Source of the DNA: Nitrososphaeria archaeon
GTDB lineage: Archaea; Thermoproteota; Nitrososphaeria; JACIWG01
NCBI GenBank assembly: GCA_963760525.1
Contig: CAVXDT010000010.1
Span: 8,098 to 72,097, forward strand
Length of the DNA stretch: 64,000 nucleotides
Direction of reading: 5' to 3'
Shown here piece after piece: positions 38,712-48,400 of this stretch. The notes beneath the pieces were generated by a model that saw nothing but the letters and a program-made list of their open reading frames with translations, made no database searches and was not told the DNA's origin. A program made the translations under genes and the position numbers. Numbering within the stretch: the stretch's first letter is position 1; the number at the start of each line of letters is the position of its first letter.

Positions 38712-39182
38712 TTGTCGTTGAACAAAAACACAATAGAAGAAATCTTCAGAATTATTGGATCATATCACAGATTCAGGATTCTGGAGATGCTCTATAAAAA
38801 ATCACTTTCCATGGACGAATTAGCGAAAGAGTTCAACATAAGTATCCCCGCTGTTTCAAAGCACTTGAGCGTTCTGGAAAAGGGAGGCATCATCTCTTGC
38901 AAAAGCTCCAAAGACAAAGCAGAAGGAAGACCAAAGCACGTATATTATCTTACACAGAAAGTGATTCCAAGGATAGTTATTGACGATGAAATTCAGGCAA
39001 TTGAATTCTACAAAATTAACCCTAGAGCAGAAACAGGAGAATACTATGATATTGAAGAAGCTGAATTGAAGAAAACCCTGTTACAGATAAAATTAAGAAG
39101 GCTTCAAAAAAAGAAGCTTAAGATACTCAAAGAACTTGGAAGGCTGGAGAAGTCTAATCAAATGATCTTTGAAAGTTTATAA
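38712..39182 (+). CDS. ArsR/Phr-like winged-helix transcriptional regulator with C-terminal coiled coil
   Basis: HRFRILEMLYKKSLSMDELAKEFNISIPAVSKHLSVLEKGGII is an ArsR-type HTH. The start is probably TTG at 38712 or 38718, since the track ORF runs antisense into hsp20. It is divergent from hsp20-cdc48. Confidence 0.7.
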   Translation: MSLNKNTIEEIFRIIGSYHRFRILEMLYKKSLSMDELAKEFNISIPAVSKHLSVLEKGGIISCKSSKDKAEGRPKHVYYLTQKVIPRIVIDDEIQAIEFYKINPRAETGEYYDIEEAELKKTLLQIKLRRLQKKKLKILKELGRLEKSNQMIFESL

Positions 39183-39210
39183 GATGAAGACAAGAGACAA
39201 TCTAAGACCT

Positions 39211-40010
39211 ATGAAAGCCATCTTGGTCACAAACGATGATGGATATGATAGCGAAGGAATAAGATCTCTATATGATTCAGTTAAGGATTTAGGTGAAGCC
39301 TTCGTTGTAGCACCAGAGCGCCCCCAAAGTGGTGCAAGTATGAGCCTTACATTTCATAAACCATTAAGGGTTAGCAAAGTAATGATAGGGGATGTTCTAG
39401 CTTACTCTGTCTCTGGAAGCCCTGCGGATGCGGTAATGTTAGGAATACATTCTGTTCTAAAAAGGAGACCTGATATCGTGGTTTCAGGAATAAACTATGG
39501 AGATAACACAACTTTCCAAGATGTCTTCGCAAGTGGCACAGTTGCTGCAGCAATAGAAGGGGCAATAAATAAAATCCCATGTATAGCTTTTTCAATGTGC
39601 GTTCCAGAAATGGCAATTTTTTCTCCTGGGCTTATAGGCGTAAATTTCAAGGAAGCAGGACCTGTCTCCAAGGCTATAACTGAATGGATTCTTCAGAAGA
39701 ATCTTCCACGTGGAGTGGACATTTTAAATGTCAATTATCCGTTAAAAATTGACCGAAACACGAAGACAATTATAACAAAGTTGGCCAAAAGGAAGTATTC
39801 GGATTTTGTCATAGAAAGAAAGGATCCAAGGGGAAGGGCTTATTATTGGATTTGGGGTAGAAGGTTCAGTAAGTTCAGAAGTGGACTGATGCTTATGCCA
39901 TACATCATGAAAAAGCCATCTCAATCACGCCTATCGGTCTCAATCTTACAGCATTTGTGGACAGGGGGGAGCTTAAGGACTTGGTGGAACTTGTTAATAG
40001 TAGACTTTAG
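39211..40010 (+). pseudogene. surE: 5'/3'-nucleotidase SurE, one or two frame shifts near the C-terminus
   Basis: MKAILVTNDDGYDSEGI, SGINYGDN and the C-terminal TDAYAIHHEKAISITPIGLNLT are found in a different frame after YYWIW (G4 run at 39854-39857 and about 39880). Confidence 0.8.
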
Positions 40011-40013
40011 GAA

Positions 40014-40319
40014 TCAAACCTTTTCAATTATCTTCACATCATCACTAGTATAGCATTCTGCTGCAACAACTGCAGAATCATTTGAAGGAGAAATGTAAAG
40101 AGCCCTTGCCCTTAATATAATAAGCGAGGACTGTTGCCCAATACCTAGACTTATCACGGCTATTTCTTTACCCGACATTGAAGTTATGGCTACTGTTATT
40201 GATGGCGTTCTCAATGTTAATCCTGATAATACATCACCGTCCTTAAAAACTAGAAAATTATCTTTGGCAGCTATGAAATTCAGCTTTGCCGGCTGTTGAA
40301 AAACATATTCTGAGCTCAA
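40014..40319 (-). CDS. hypothetical protein
   Basis: 101-aa ORF with a TTG start and no motif recognised. Confidence 0.35.
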   Translation of the reverse strand: MSSEYVFQQPAKLNFIAAKDNFLVFKDGDVLSGLTLRTPSITVAITSMSGKEIAVISLGIGQQSSLIILRARALYISPSNDSAVVAAECYTSDDVKIIEKV

Positions 40320-40379
40320 TTCTACTTACCATATGTTAGCAACGTTCATAACTCTTATCTTGATGTACAGTATGGCAAT

Positions 40380-40667
40380 ATGGTCAGTACTCCATACTTC
40401 AGAGGAAGAAGTAGAGAATATAGAGCTATGGGAGCGCTTAGGGTAGAAGGTTGGAGATGTAGCAGAAGCGCTATGTCACATGGCCCAGTAGACATATTCG
40501 CTGGAAAAGATGGAAGAATACTTCTTATTCAAGTCAAAAGCGGTAAAGCTAGAATGAGTAAACAGGAAAGAGAGAAACTAATTGAATGGGCTAAGGCTTT
40601 TGGAGCAGAAGCCGAGATATGGTATTATTCAGGAAAGAAAGGAAATACAATCGAAAGAGTTGCCTAG
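40380..40667 (+). CDS. small Hjc-like PD-(D/E)XK nuclease (Holliday-junction-resolvase fold)
   Basis: 95 aa. It aligns by eye with archaeal Hjc: SREYRAM (E), PVDIFAG (D), LLIQVKSGK (Q-x-K in place of E-x-K), followed by EREKLIEWAKAFG. Confidence 0.5.
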   Translation: MVSTPYFRGRSREYRAMGALRVEGWRCSRSAMSHGPVDIFAGKDGRILLIQVKSGKARMSKQEREKLIEWAKAFGAEAEIWYYSGKKGNTIERVA

Positions 40668-41087
40668 TACAGCCTATTGAAAAAAAATCTTCCTCCCCAA
40701 AGATAACTCACGGACGATAGTCTTAATTTACTCCGCTCAAAATCAGCTTAATCCAATAAGCAATAGTGACTGTAAGAATGTAAGCATGCTCTGTCTACCT
40801 TAATCTTCACGATTACTCCGTTTCAAGTTCGAATGGAATGTCTCATCTTCTCTGTTCTCTAAGCTTGAGGTCATATAGTAATAACAAAACACCTAATAGA
40901 CCCAGCGCTAGCACTAGAACAGAAAGCGGAAACATGAAGTCTAGTTCAAAGATCGTGAGCATTCCCATACAAGCCCCTACCTATTACAAGTATTGATATG
41001 CCTTATTAACTATTCAATATCCCAAGATACATGAGAATCAAGGCTCGATGAAAACATTAATAAAAGTCAATCCTCAGATTATGGTTT

Positions 41088-42525
41088 GTGAACACGGAAA
41101 ACTTAGATTCTGATATTCCCCTCTATGCAGTTGCAGAAGCTGAGAAAGCAGGTGCAGAATATGCTGAAGCAAGATTGCAGGCAAAGAAAGACATTATGGT
41201 AGCAATAAGAAATGGACAACAAGAACCGATTGTTACAAGCGAATCTTTTGGCTTGGGTGTAAGAGTAATCAAAGAAGGAGGCTTAGCTTTTTCTGCTACA
41301 AATGTCCTTGATAAAGAAAACATACGTCTACTTGTAGAACAAACAGTCAAGAAAGCACAAGCGACGTCCACCTTTGTTCAAAAAGGGATTAAATTCAGCA
41401 GAGAAAGGAAAGCGAAAAGAAAATGGAGAGCACAAGAAAAAGACAAATTGGAGGACAAGAACTTCGAAGATATCATGAAGATACTCCGTGAACTTGACAA
41501 CATTATTCTTCTGAGGAGGGACTATATTCCCATGAGGATCTTGGAGATGGACATCACGATTGATGAAAAAATCCTAAGTAACACACAAGGGACATTCATC
41601 CAAGGATATGTACCAAGAATTTACGTTGAAGGCTTTTTGACAGGTATGAAAGAAGGAAAAATGGCACAGAAGTCGATAGAATATGGCGGTAGTGGAGGAT
41701 GGGAGATAATCGAAACCTTGAAGATTAGAGAAGAAATACAGCATGAGACAGATGTCATAAAACAGATCATTGAGAAGGGGCGAGCGGTCACTCCTGGCAA
41801 TTACGATATTGTGACCGGTTCTGAAGTCACTGGTATAATGGCCCATGAATCCATAGGACACCCCTTCGAGGCAGATAGGATATTGGGTAGAGAAGCAGCT
41901 CAAGCTGGCGAATCTTATCTGAAGTCTTCTGACATTGGAAGAAAGATAGGTGATAATGAAGTTAATGTGAGTGATGACCCGACCATTCCGAATTCATATG
42001 GCTTCTACCTGTATGACGAAGAAGGAATCCCTGCGAAGAAAAAGAAGACTTGTTGTAAACGGTATTGTAAATGAACTCTTACATAACAGAGGTACAGCCA
42101 GAGAGTTCGGGACAAAAAGCAATGGTTCCTCGAGAGCTTCGGCATTTGACCGTGAACCCATAGTTAGAATGGCAAACACTTTTGTTGAGCCCGGAAGCTA
42201 CTCTTTTGAAGAACTCATCAGAGAAGTTAAGAATGGAATATACATGAACTCTTTCATGGAATGGAATATAGACGACACAAGATGGAATCAAAGATATGTC
42301 GGTCATGAATCCTACCTAATAGAGAAAGGAGAGATCAGAGCTCCTATAGTCAACCCCATCATAGAAATTACTACTGAGAGATTGTGGGGTAGTCTAGACG
42401 CTAGAGGAAAAGATCTTAGATTTTGGGCCGCTACATGTGGCAAGGGGGACCCTATGCAAGGTGCCCCAGTTTGGGCCGGTGGACCAAACCTAAGATTCAA
42501 GAACATGATGGTGAAGACAAGATGA
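41088..42525 (+). pseudogene. tldD: TldD metalloprotease, one frameshift at an A5 run
   Basis: ORFs 41088..42074 (GTG start; HESIGHPFEADR zinc motif) and 41971..42525 join as EEGIPAKKK|RLVVNGIVNELLHNR at the A-run 42039-42043. Confidence 0.85.
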
Positions 42526-43862
42526 ACACTGAAATCCTCGATAAAATGACTGACATAGCCTTCAATAAAGCCAAGAGTCTCGGTGCTGATGACATTTCTG
42601 TGATTTCAGCATATGGAGAGGAGTCGATGCTCCGTTTCAGCAACAATTCAGCCACAATTACCAACACACTAAAGGAGGCAGCTCTGTTTGTATACATGAG
42701 CAAAAATAGAAGGAGAGCCATAGGAACCACATCTTCAGTCAATGGGATAAGCTTAGACAAATTTGTAGAAAACCTATTCGAAAGTCTGAGACTTGTGGAA
42801 GAGAGCGTTGATTATGTACAATTGCCAAAGGGTCCATTCAAGTTTAATGCTCAAAGTACATTTGACCCCAGAATAGAGGAGCTTGGAGAAGATATTGTTG
42901 AACAAGGTGTGATAGCTGCGAATGCAGCCTTACAGGGAGGGGCGAAAAGAGCCTCTGGTGTACTCACGGCCAATGTTGGAACTTATGGGATAAGAACCTC
43001 TGCAGGTGTTGAAGCTTTTGACAAAGACAGTTCTATAACAATCAATGTTAGAGCGTTCACTGAGAAGAATTCCAGCGGACATGGGCTGTCATGTGCAGCT
43101 ACACTTCCACGGTTCAGTGCAGAAGAAGCAGGCACTACTGCTGGCACATTCGCAAAGGAATCTGAAAGGGTGGGTCATTGGGAAGAAGGTGAATATGACC
43201 TTATAATGGGACCGACTGTTGCTGCTAGCATTGTGCAAGCTATTGGATATTCATCTTCAGTATTTCGAATTGAATCGGGGACTTCCTTCCTGAGGGATCT
43301 CCTTAGTAGGAAAGCTGCTGCAGAAAACTTCACTTTAGAGGACTGTGGTGTAATAGAAGGCGGATTTGGTGGAAGGGCATTTGATGATGAAGGTGTACCT
43401 ACACAGAATACTACTATTATAGAATCTGGAACCCTCAAGACCTACCTGCATAACTCCTCAACTGCAAACAAATATCGCGTCAAGACAACTGGAAATGCTG
43501 GAGTAATTGCACCTCATCCATGGAATCTGGTCGTTAAGCCAGGTAAGATCACAGTTGATGAAATGATTGGTGATTCAAAGAAAGCGGTCTATGTTACAAA
43601 CAACTGGTATACTAGATATCAGAACTACTTGACTGGCGACTACTCCACACTGCCTAGAGACGCAGCTTTCTTGATAGAAAGCGGGGGAATAAAATATGCA
43701 ATAACTGGCTCAAGAATTAGTGACAATATTCCAAGGCAAATGCTTAACATAAAGGCAATAGGCAAAGAGACCAAATGGATTAAATGGTGGGAAGTCGACA
43801 CTCCGACATGCACCCCAGCATTACTGATAGAGAAAGCCAGAATAACAAAGGCACAAATGTGA
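42522..43862 (+). CDS. pmbA: PmbA/TldE protease partner
   Basis: Likely start MNTEILDKMTDIAF at 42522, overlapping the tldD stop (ATGA). Family-typical GNAG...PWN and NWYTRY motifs are present. Confidence 0.85.
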   Translation: MNTEILDKMTDIAFNKAKSLGADDISVISAYGEESMLRFSNNSATITNTLKEAALFVYMSKNRRRAIGTTSSVNGISLDKFVENLFESLRLVEESVDYVQLPKGPFKFNAQSTFDPRIEELGEDIVEQGVIAANAALQGGAKRASGVLTANVGTYGIRTSAGVEAFDKDSSITINVRAFTEKNSSGHGLSCAATLPRFSAEEAGTTAGTFAKESERVGHWEEGEYDLIMGPTVAASIVQAIGYSSSVFRIESGTSFLRDLLSRKAAAENFTLEDCGVIEGGFGGRAFDDEGVPTQNTTIIESGTLKTYLHNSSTANKYRVKTTGNAGVIAPHPWNLVVKPGKITVDEMIGDSKKAVYVTNNWYTRYQNYLTGDYSTLPRDAAFLIESGGIKYAITGSRISDNIPRQMLNIKAIGKETKWIKWWEVDTPTCTPALLIEKARITKAQM

Positions 43863-44087
43863 CGCATGGTTTATTAGTTCAAATAATACAGCGGTTTTCT
43901 CTTGTTCATATATTGTTGTAAATAAGTGAATTAGGGCGGGTATTGCTCTGGCATTTCGACCATTGCTATAGATTTTTTGATGCAAAATGCCAATTGAACG
44001 TGATTATTTCCGCCTCTAGATACCATGCTGCTATGGTAAGTTTGATAATGTTTATTATTTAGGCGAATTTTTTTCTGGCGGTAGCTG

Positions 44088-45683
44088 ATGGAAGAATTCG
44101 ACTTGGAAATATTCGAAAAGACTGCGGTGAGAATAAGGGATAGAGCAATAAAAGAAGACAGGTTAGTGGATAATCCTTCTGAAGAATATCTTAGAAACCT
44201 TGTGGAGAAGGAGGAAGGTGTCAAAAAGACTATTTATGACAGCTATGTTGTTGAAAGCGAACCCATGTCAAGAGCTGCCATGTTCACTAAGAATAGTGTT
44301 GATACTACATTTGGAGAAAAAGAACTAAAGCTCTTGAAAGATTGTGAGGAGTGTTTATCTAGAGAGAGAATAATATCTACAGATAGAATTGTTGGCAATC
44401 ACAACAGTAAGACTGTAGTCAGACTGATCGTCCCTGAACGCTTTGCACATATAGTCTATGGTGGAAGCCATCTTTTTATTCGTGTTAAAGAAAAGGTCTA
44501 TGTCCCAGACTATCAGATCGTATTTTTCTTTGATAATGCCTATGAAAGCAATAAAATAAAATCTCTTCCAGAAAAAGATATTACGATCCGATTAGCCATG
44601 TTAGACAATCAAAGAGTTATCAAGATTATCAGGAATAGCAATTACATAGGTGAATATAAGAAAGGTGTATTTGCAGCTGAAGATTGGGTTGCAAAAACAA
44701 AGCGAGGCGGACTCTTCTTGCATTGCGGTTGTAGAGAGGACTTTCTTCAATCAACTCATGGTGAATATGTGAAAAGAAGAACATTATTTCTTGCTTTAAG
44801 TGCGAATGGAAAGACTACTTTGACCTGCAAGATTCTGGCAAGAAAAGGCAAAGAACAGTCTTGGATGATTCAAGACGATGGCGGAACTCTCATGCCAGAT
44901 GGGTCTTTTCATGGATTTGAAGCTGGAGGTATCTTTGTTAAGACAGAAGGTGTAAACCCTGGTTCTCAGCGTGAAATATTCTATGGATTGTTAAGGCCTG
45001 AAACTTTGTGTGAAGATGTCTACGTAGACGAAGATAGTGATTTTGACTTCTACAATATTGAGAGAACCTCTAATGGGAGAGCTGTAATATTAAGGAGGAA
45101 TGTTATGCATGCATCAACTCATATTGATGCTGACAAAATTGATAATATAATATTGATCACTCGAGGCGCCTTGATCCCTGCGATTTGTAAGCTGACAATT
45201 GAGCAGGCAGTTGCTCTGACTATATTAGGTTTGGCTATGGAATCTTCTGCAGGAGACCCGACAAAAGCAGGCAGAACAAGAAGCGAATTTTTTTATGATC
45301 CTTTCATGGCTGGTGATAAAGCAGAGCATGCAAACAAGTTCTTTGAGATCTTACAAGGCCTTCCACATATACGATACTTTCTATTAAACACAGGAGGAAT
45401 TGGTGAGGGACCACGTTATAGGAAGATAACTCTTGAACATACAATGGGAATATTAGATTCTTTGTTACGAGGTGGACTTGAGGATTGGATAGATTCACCT
45501 ATAGGTTTCCAAGTTCCAACTTCGGTAAGGACTGTTGACGACATCTTCTTACATCCAGAAAAATTATACCCTCAAATTGTCTTTGAAGAAAAAGTAAAAG
45601 AATTCAACAGAATAAGGAGTGATGCCATAAAGAGTCTTGGCGATAGATTGAATCCCAACGTGAGACGCGCTTTCAATAGTTAG
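44088..45683 (+). CDS. pckA: phosphoenolpyruvate carboxykinase (ATP), divergent
   Basis: 531 aa. The kinase-1a-like LSANGKTTLT, IQDDGGTL...FEAGGIFVKTEG (compare IGDDEHGW...FEGGCYAKT) and LLNTGGIGEG are colinear with ATP-PEPCK. Confidence 0.7.
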   Translation: MEEFDLEIFEKTAVRIRDRAIKEDRLVDNPSEEYLRNLVEKEEGVKKTIYDSYVVESEPMSRAAMFTKNSVDTTFGEKELKLLKDCEECLSRERIISTDRIVGNHNSKTVVRLIVPERFAHIVYGGSHLFIRVKEKVYVPDYQIVFFFDNAYESNKIKSLPEKDITIRLAMLDNQRVIKIIRNSNYIGEYKKGVFAAEDWVAKTKRGGLFLHCGCREDFLQSTHGEYVKRRTLFLALSANGKTTLTCKILARKGKEQSWMIQDDGGTLMPDGSFHGFEAGGIFVKTEGVNPGSQREIFYGLLRPETLCEDVYVDEDSDFDFYNIERTSNGRAVILRRNVMHASTHIDADKIDNIILITRGALIPAICKLTIEQAVALTILGLAMESSAGDPTKAGRTRSEFFYDPFMAGDKAEHANKFFEILQGLPHIRYFLLNTGGIGEGPRYRKITLEHTMGILDSLLRGGLEDWIDSPIGFQVPTSVRTVDDIFLHPEKLYPQIVFEEKVKEFNRIRSDAIKSLGDRLNPNVRRAFNS

Positions 45684-45826
45684 TATAATGATATATCCCG
45701 AATCCAACAAGCCACTGAATTTGAATGGAAAAATATCCTGAGTTGCCAACATTGCTTACATAATAAGTAACCTTAAATGGATGCACTGTTGTCAGGCAGG
45801 TTCCTTCTGTATTTGCACTTAATTCA

Positions 45827-46762
45827 TCAAACTAGAGATTGAATCTTACTCAGATATTTTTTTGGGAAACCAGCTGCAACAGACCATATATTACCTAGAG
45901 TTATTTTCCCAAGGAGACTACATAGTTCCCATGCATCCCATCTGTTTACACCATATTCCTCCATCCATCGGCTAAGATTCACGTATGCGAGTCTTATTGT
46001 ATCCTCTAAGGTTCTTCCTACTCCTGTGCATGCAACGCTCATAATATATTCGTCGTTTTCAATCCTTGGCCAATCTAGATCCTTATTTTTTATTAAGTCA
46101 ACTTTCAAAGTAACCTCTGCTGGCATTTCAACTGCTGCTGATGAGATTTCTCCTTCTCCCTGGATTGCGTGCGCATCCCCGATATGAAGTAGTGCTCCCG
46201 GAACCTTTACCGGTAAGTAAAGCTTACACCCATTGGTTATACAGGGAAGGTCTAAATTTCCCCCATGAGGTCCTGGTAAATATGTTGAAATCGCTTCCAA
46301 ATCAGGAGCAGTCCCTATCGTTCCTATCATAGGTTTGTAAGGCAATGTCAATTTGTCGAAATATACGCTATCTTCCTTTATTGGCATTATTTTCAAGCCA
46401 TCTGGAATAGTGGGTTGCAAGAAATCAGCCATGGCTTGATTGGATTCTCTATGACCTAAGTACCACCACCATTTTGCCAGCTTGGTTATGCCTTGACCGA
46501 TTGTCGGACTTATTTTGAGTAATTCCATAACAAGGGTGTCACCTTTCTCAGCACCGTTGATATAGAAAGGCCCAGATTGAGGATTCGAATAAGGCGCTTT
46601 CTTATAGTCCCTTTTATCAGTCAACTTTCTGATTTGACCTGATGACGCGTCTTCTGTTTCAACGATTACAGTTTGTCCCGGATCCAGATACATTCTTGGC
46701 TTGTTTTGCGAGCTAATGGAATAGTAGAGTTCTCCTTGGTCTCTTAACGTTAACCTTTTCAT
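45827..46762 (-). CDS. acetamidase/formamidase family protein
   Basis: GPFYINGAEKGDTLVMELLKI, GGNLDLPCI and GALLHIGDAHAIQGEGE are present. The likely start is the internal Met (MKRLTLRD) of ORF 45827..46837. Confidence 0.8.
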   Translation of the reverse strand: MKRLTLRDQGELYYSISSQNKPRMYLDPGQTVIVETEDASSGQIRKLTDKRDYKKAPYSNPQSGPFYINGAEKGDTLVMELLKISPTIGQGITKLAKWWWYLGHRESNQAMADFLQPTIPDGLKIMPIKEDSVYFDKLTLPYKPMIGTIGTAPDLEAISTYLPGPHGGNLDLPCITNGCKLYLPVKVPGALLHIGDAHAIQGEGEISSAAVEMPAEVTLKVDLIKNKDLDWPRIENDEYIMSVACTGVGRTLEDTIRLAYVNLSRWMEEYGVNRWDAWELCSLLGKITLGNIWSVAAGFPKKYLSKIQSLV

Positions 46763-47016
46763 ATTTAGAATTCGACTTTGTTTTTCTAATAAAGGTTTTG
46801 ATGCAGTATGGAATTTACTAATTACTGTAACCATCAAAGATGGATCTATCCCTCAACTGATCAGATTAATCGATTGCCTTCTGTTGCGCATTATTATGTA
46901 AACAAAAAAAGTGAATTAGAATGCGATATTATTTGGGACGTTCGTCATAAGTGCACTTTATTGGTTGTTGTATACCCAATTCATGTAGCTACACGGGCAA
47001 ACTTATCAATTCAATA

Positions 47017-47562
47017 TCAGATTGAACTGCAGAAATTCATAATGATCTGTGGATTGAATACTTCAGGATGAAAAAGGCAACCGTATAATTCCATAGTCTT
47101 ATGCCTTACAATACAGTCTAATCTTTCAGATTCAGCAAGAGCCACAAAATGTCTTCCTACTTCTATAGCCTTTGAATTTAGAAAATATGAATAAAATTCC
47201 TTTCCGGATACTAACTTGCTTTCTAGAACCACTTTGACATGAAATCTACCTATCATAGTTTTGTCAACCAATTTGCATTCAAAGATTCTTGCTAGAATCT
47301 GCATCCCTGCACAAATGCCAAGAAAAGGCTTACCATAGTCTCTCAGCCATAGAAATCGATCAATGTTATTTAGATACTCGAAGTCTCTGAGGGCAGTACC
47401 ACATATTATGATCTTGTCTGCTTCTCGCAGGTCATTTTCACTTACTTGAAAATAGTGCTTCTCTACCACAATTTGTCTTTGGTTTTTCAATAAATCTTCT
47501 ATTGGTACGACAAATTCAAGTTCACTAAGCTTTTCTGAGCAAACACTTATTATCAATATCAT
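47017..47562 (-). CDS. class I glutamine amidotransferase (GuaA-N-like), triad intact
   Basis: 181 aa with the nucleophile elbow LGICAGMQIL and His/Glu in LFHPEV. Its ATG overlaps the stop of the upstream Dph6-like gene (ATGA at 47559-47562). Confidence 0.75.
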   Translation of the reverse strand: MILIISVCSEKLSELEFVVPIEDLLKNQRQIVVEKHYFQVSENDLREADKIIICGTALRDFEYLNNIDRFLWLRDYGKPFLGICAGMQILARIFECKLVDKTMIGRFHVKVVLESKLVSGKEFYSYFLNSKAIEVGRHFVALAESERLDCIVRHKTMELYGCLFHPEVFNPQIIMNFCSSI

Positions 47563-48239
47563 TTCGAAGTCGACCTTACATTTTTTATCTTAAATGAGCC
47601 CGAATAGTTTTTATGAGTAATATCATAATCGATTACTTCCAATCTTCTTTTGAAAAAAGGGGCATCAAGAACGGTGGTTTCGATCTCACCACCTTCTCCT
47701 GAAGGATTCAAACCGAATTTCTTTTCAAACTCAGCCAGAGTTTCAATCATAGTACCGTCAATTTCCCTTCCTAGGTAACTCCTGTCAAGGGGGTACGCGA
47801 ACACACCAGAAATGATAACTCTAAAGCCTTCTTCAACAATCTCTTTTAGGAGCTCCACTTGGTTTCTCAACCACAATGGGTTAAAGCACCACATATCGAG
47901 CCCAAAACAAATCCTTTGAATTCTACTAGCCTGGTAAACTGACTTAATAGCGCCTGTGACAATCCCTTCAATTCCATACTCTTCTTTTGCATTGACTAAA
48001 GCATCCCGCAAATCCTTCAACTCTTCCTCCTTCTGCCCTTTTGTGTTCTTCAGGACCAATGGAAGCCCTATTGAGTTGGCCTGAACTCTAACAAGTTCGA
48101 TGTTTGGAACATGGAACATATAGCTTTCTTCATTCTCAGAAACTAAACTTATCAAACATGATACTTCATGAAGCTTTTGAGCTTTATAGAAGGCTAGACA
48201 AGAGTCCTTGCCCCCTGAAAACAATATGCCTGTCTTCAC
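47559..48239 (-). CDS. dph6: MJ0570-family ATP pyrophosphatase (diphthine-ammonia ligase Dph6 homolog)
   Basis: GTG start giving VKTGILFSGGKDSCLAFYKA (PP-loop SGGxDS). LVSENEESYMFHVPN and GEGGEIETTVLDAPFF align closely with M. jannaschii MJ0570 as I recall it. Confidence 0.85.
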   Translation of the reverse strand: MKTGILFSGGKDSCLAFYKAQKLHEVSCLISLVSENEESYMFHVPNIELVRVQANSIGLPLVLKNTKGQKEEELKDLRDALVNAKEEYGIEGIVTGAIKSVYQASRIQRICFGLDMWCFNPLWLRNQVELLKEIVEEGFRVIISGVFAYPLDRSYLGREIDGTMIETLAEFEKKFGLNPSGEGGEIETTVLDAPFFKRRLEVIDYDITHKNYSGSFKIKNVRSTSK

Positions 48240-48400
48240 AAAACAGAAACAAAGAGATTCTTTAATAAACCTATCTGAGTATGAAGAAAAGACAAACTTT
48301 GATGAAGAAGACTTGTTATATTCTGGGGAATTCACTCTATCATAAGCGTCCTAAATCTCTATGCGTTAACCTAATATTCAAGTGATGCTTACACCATAAG

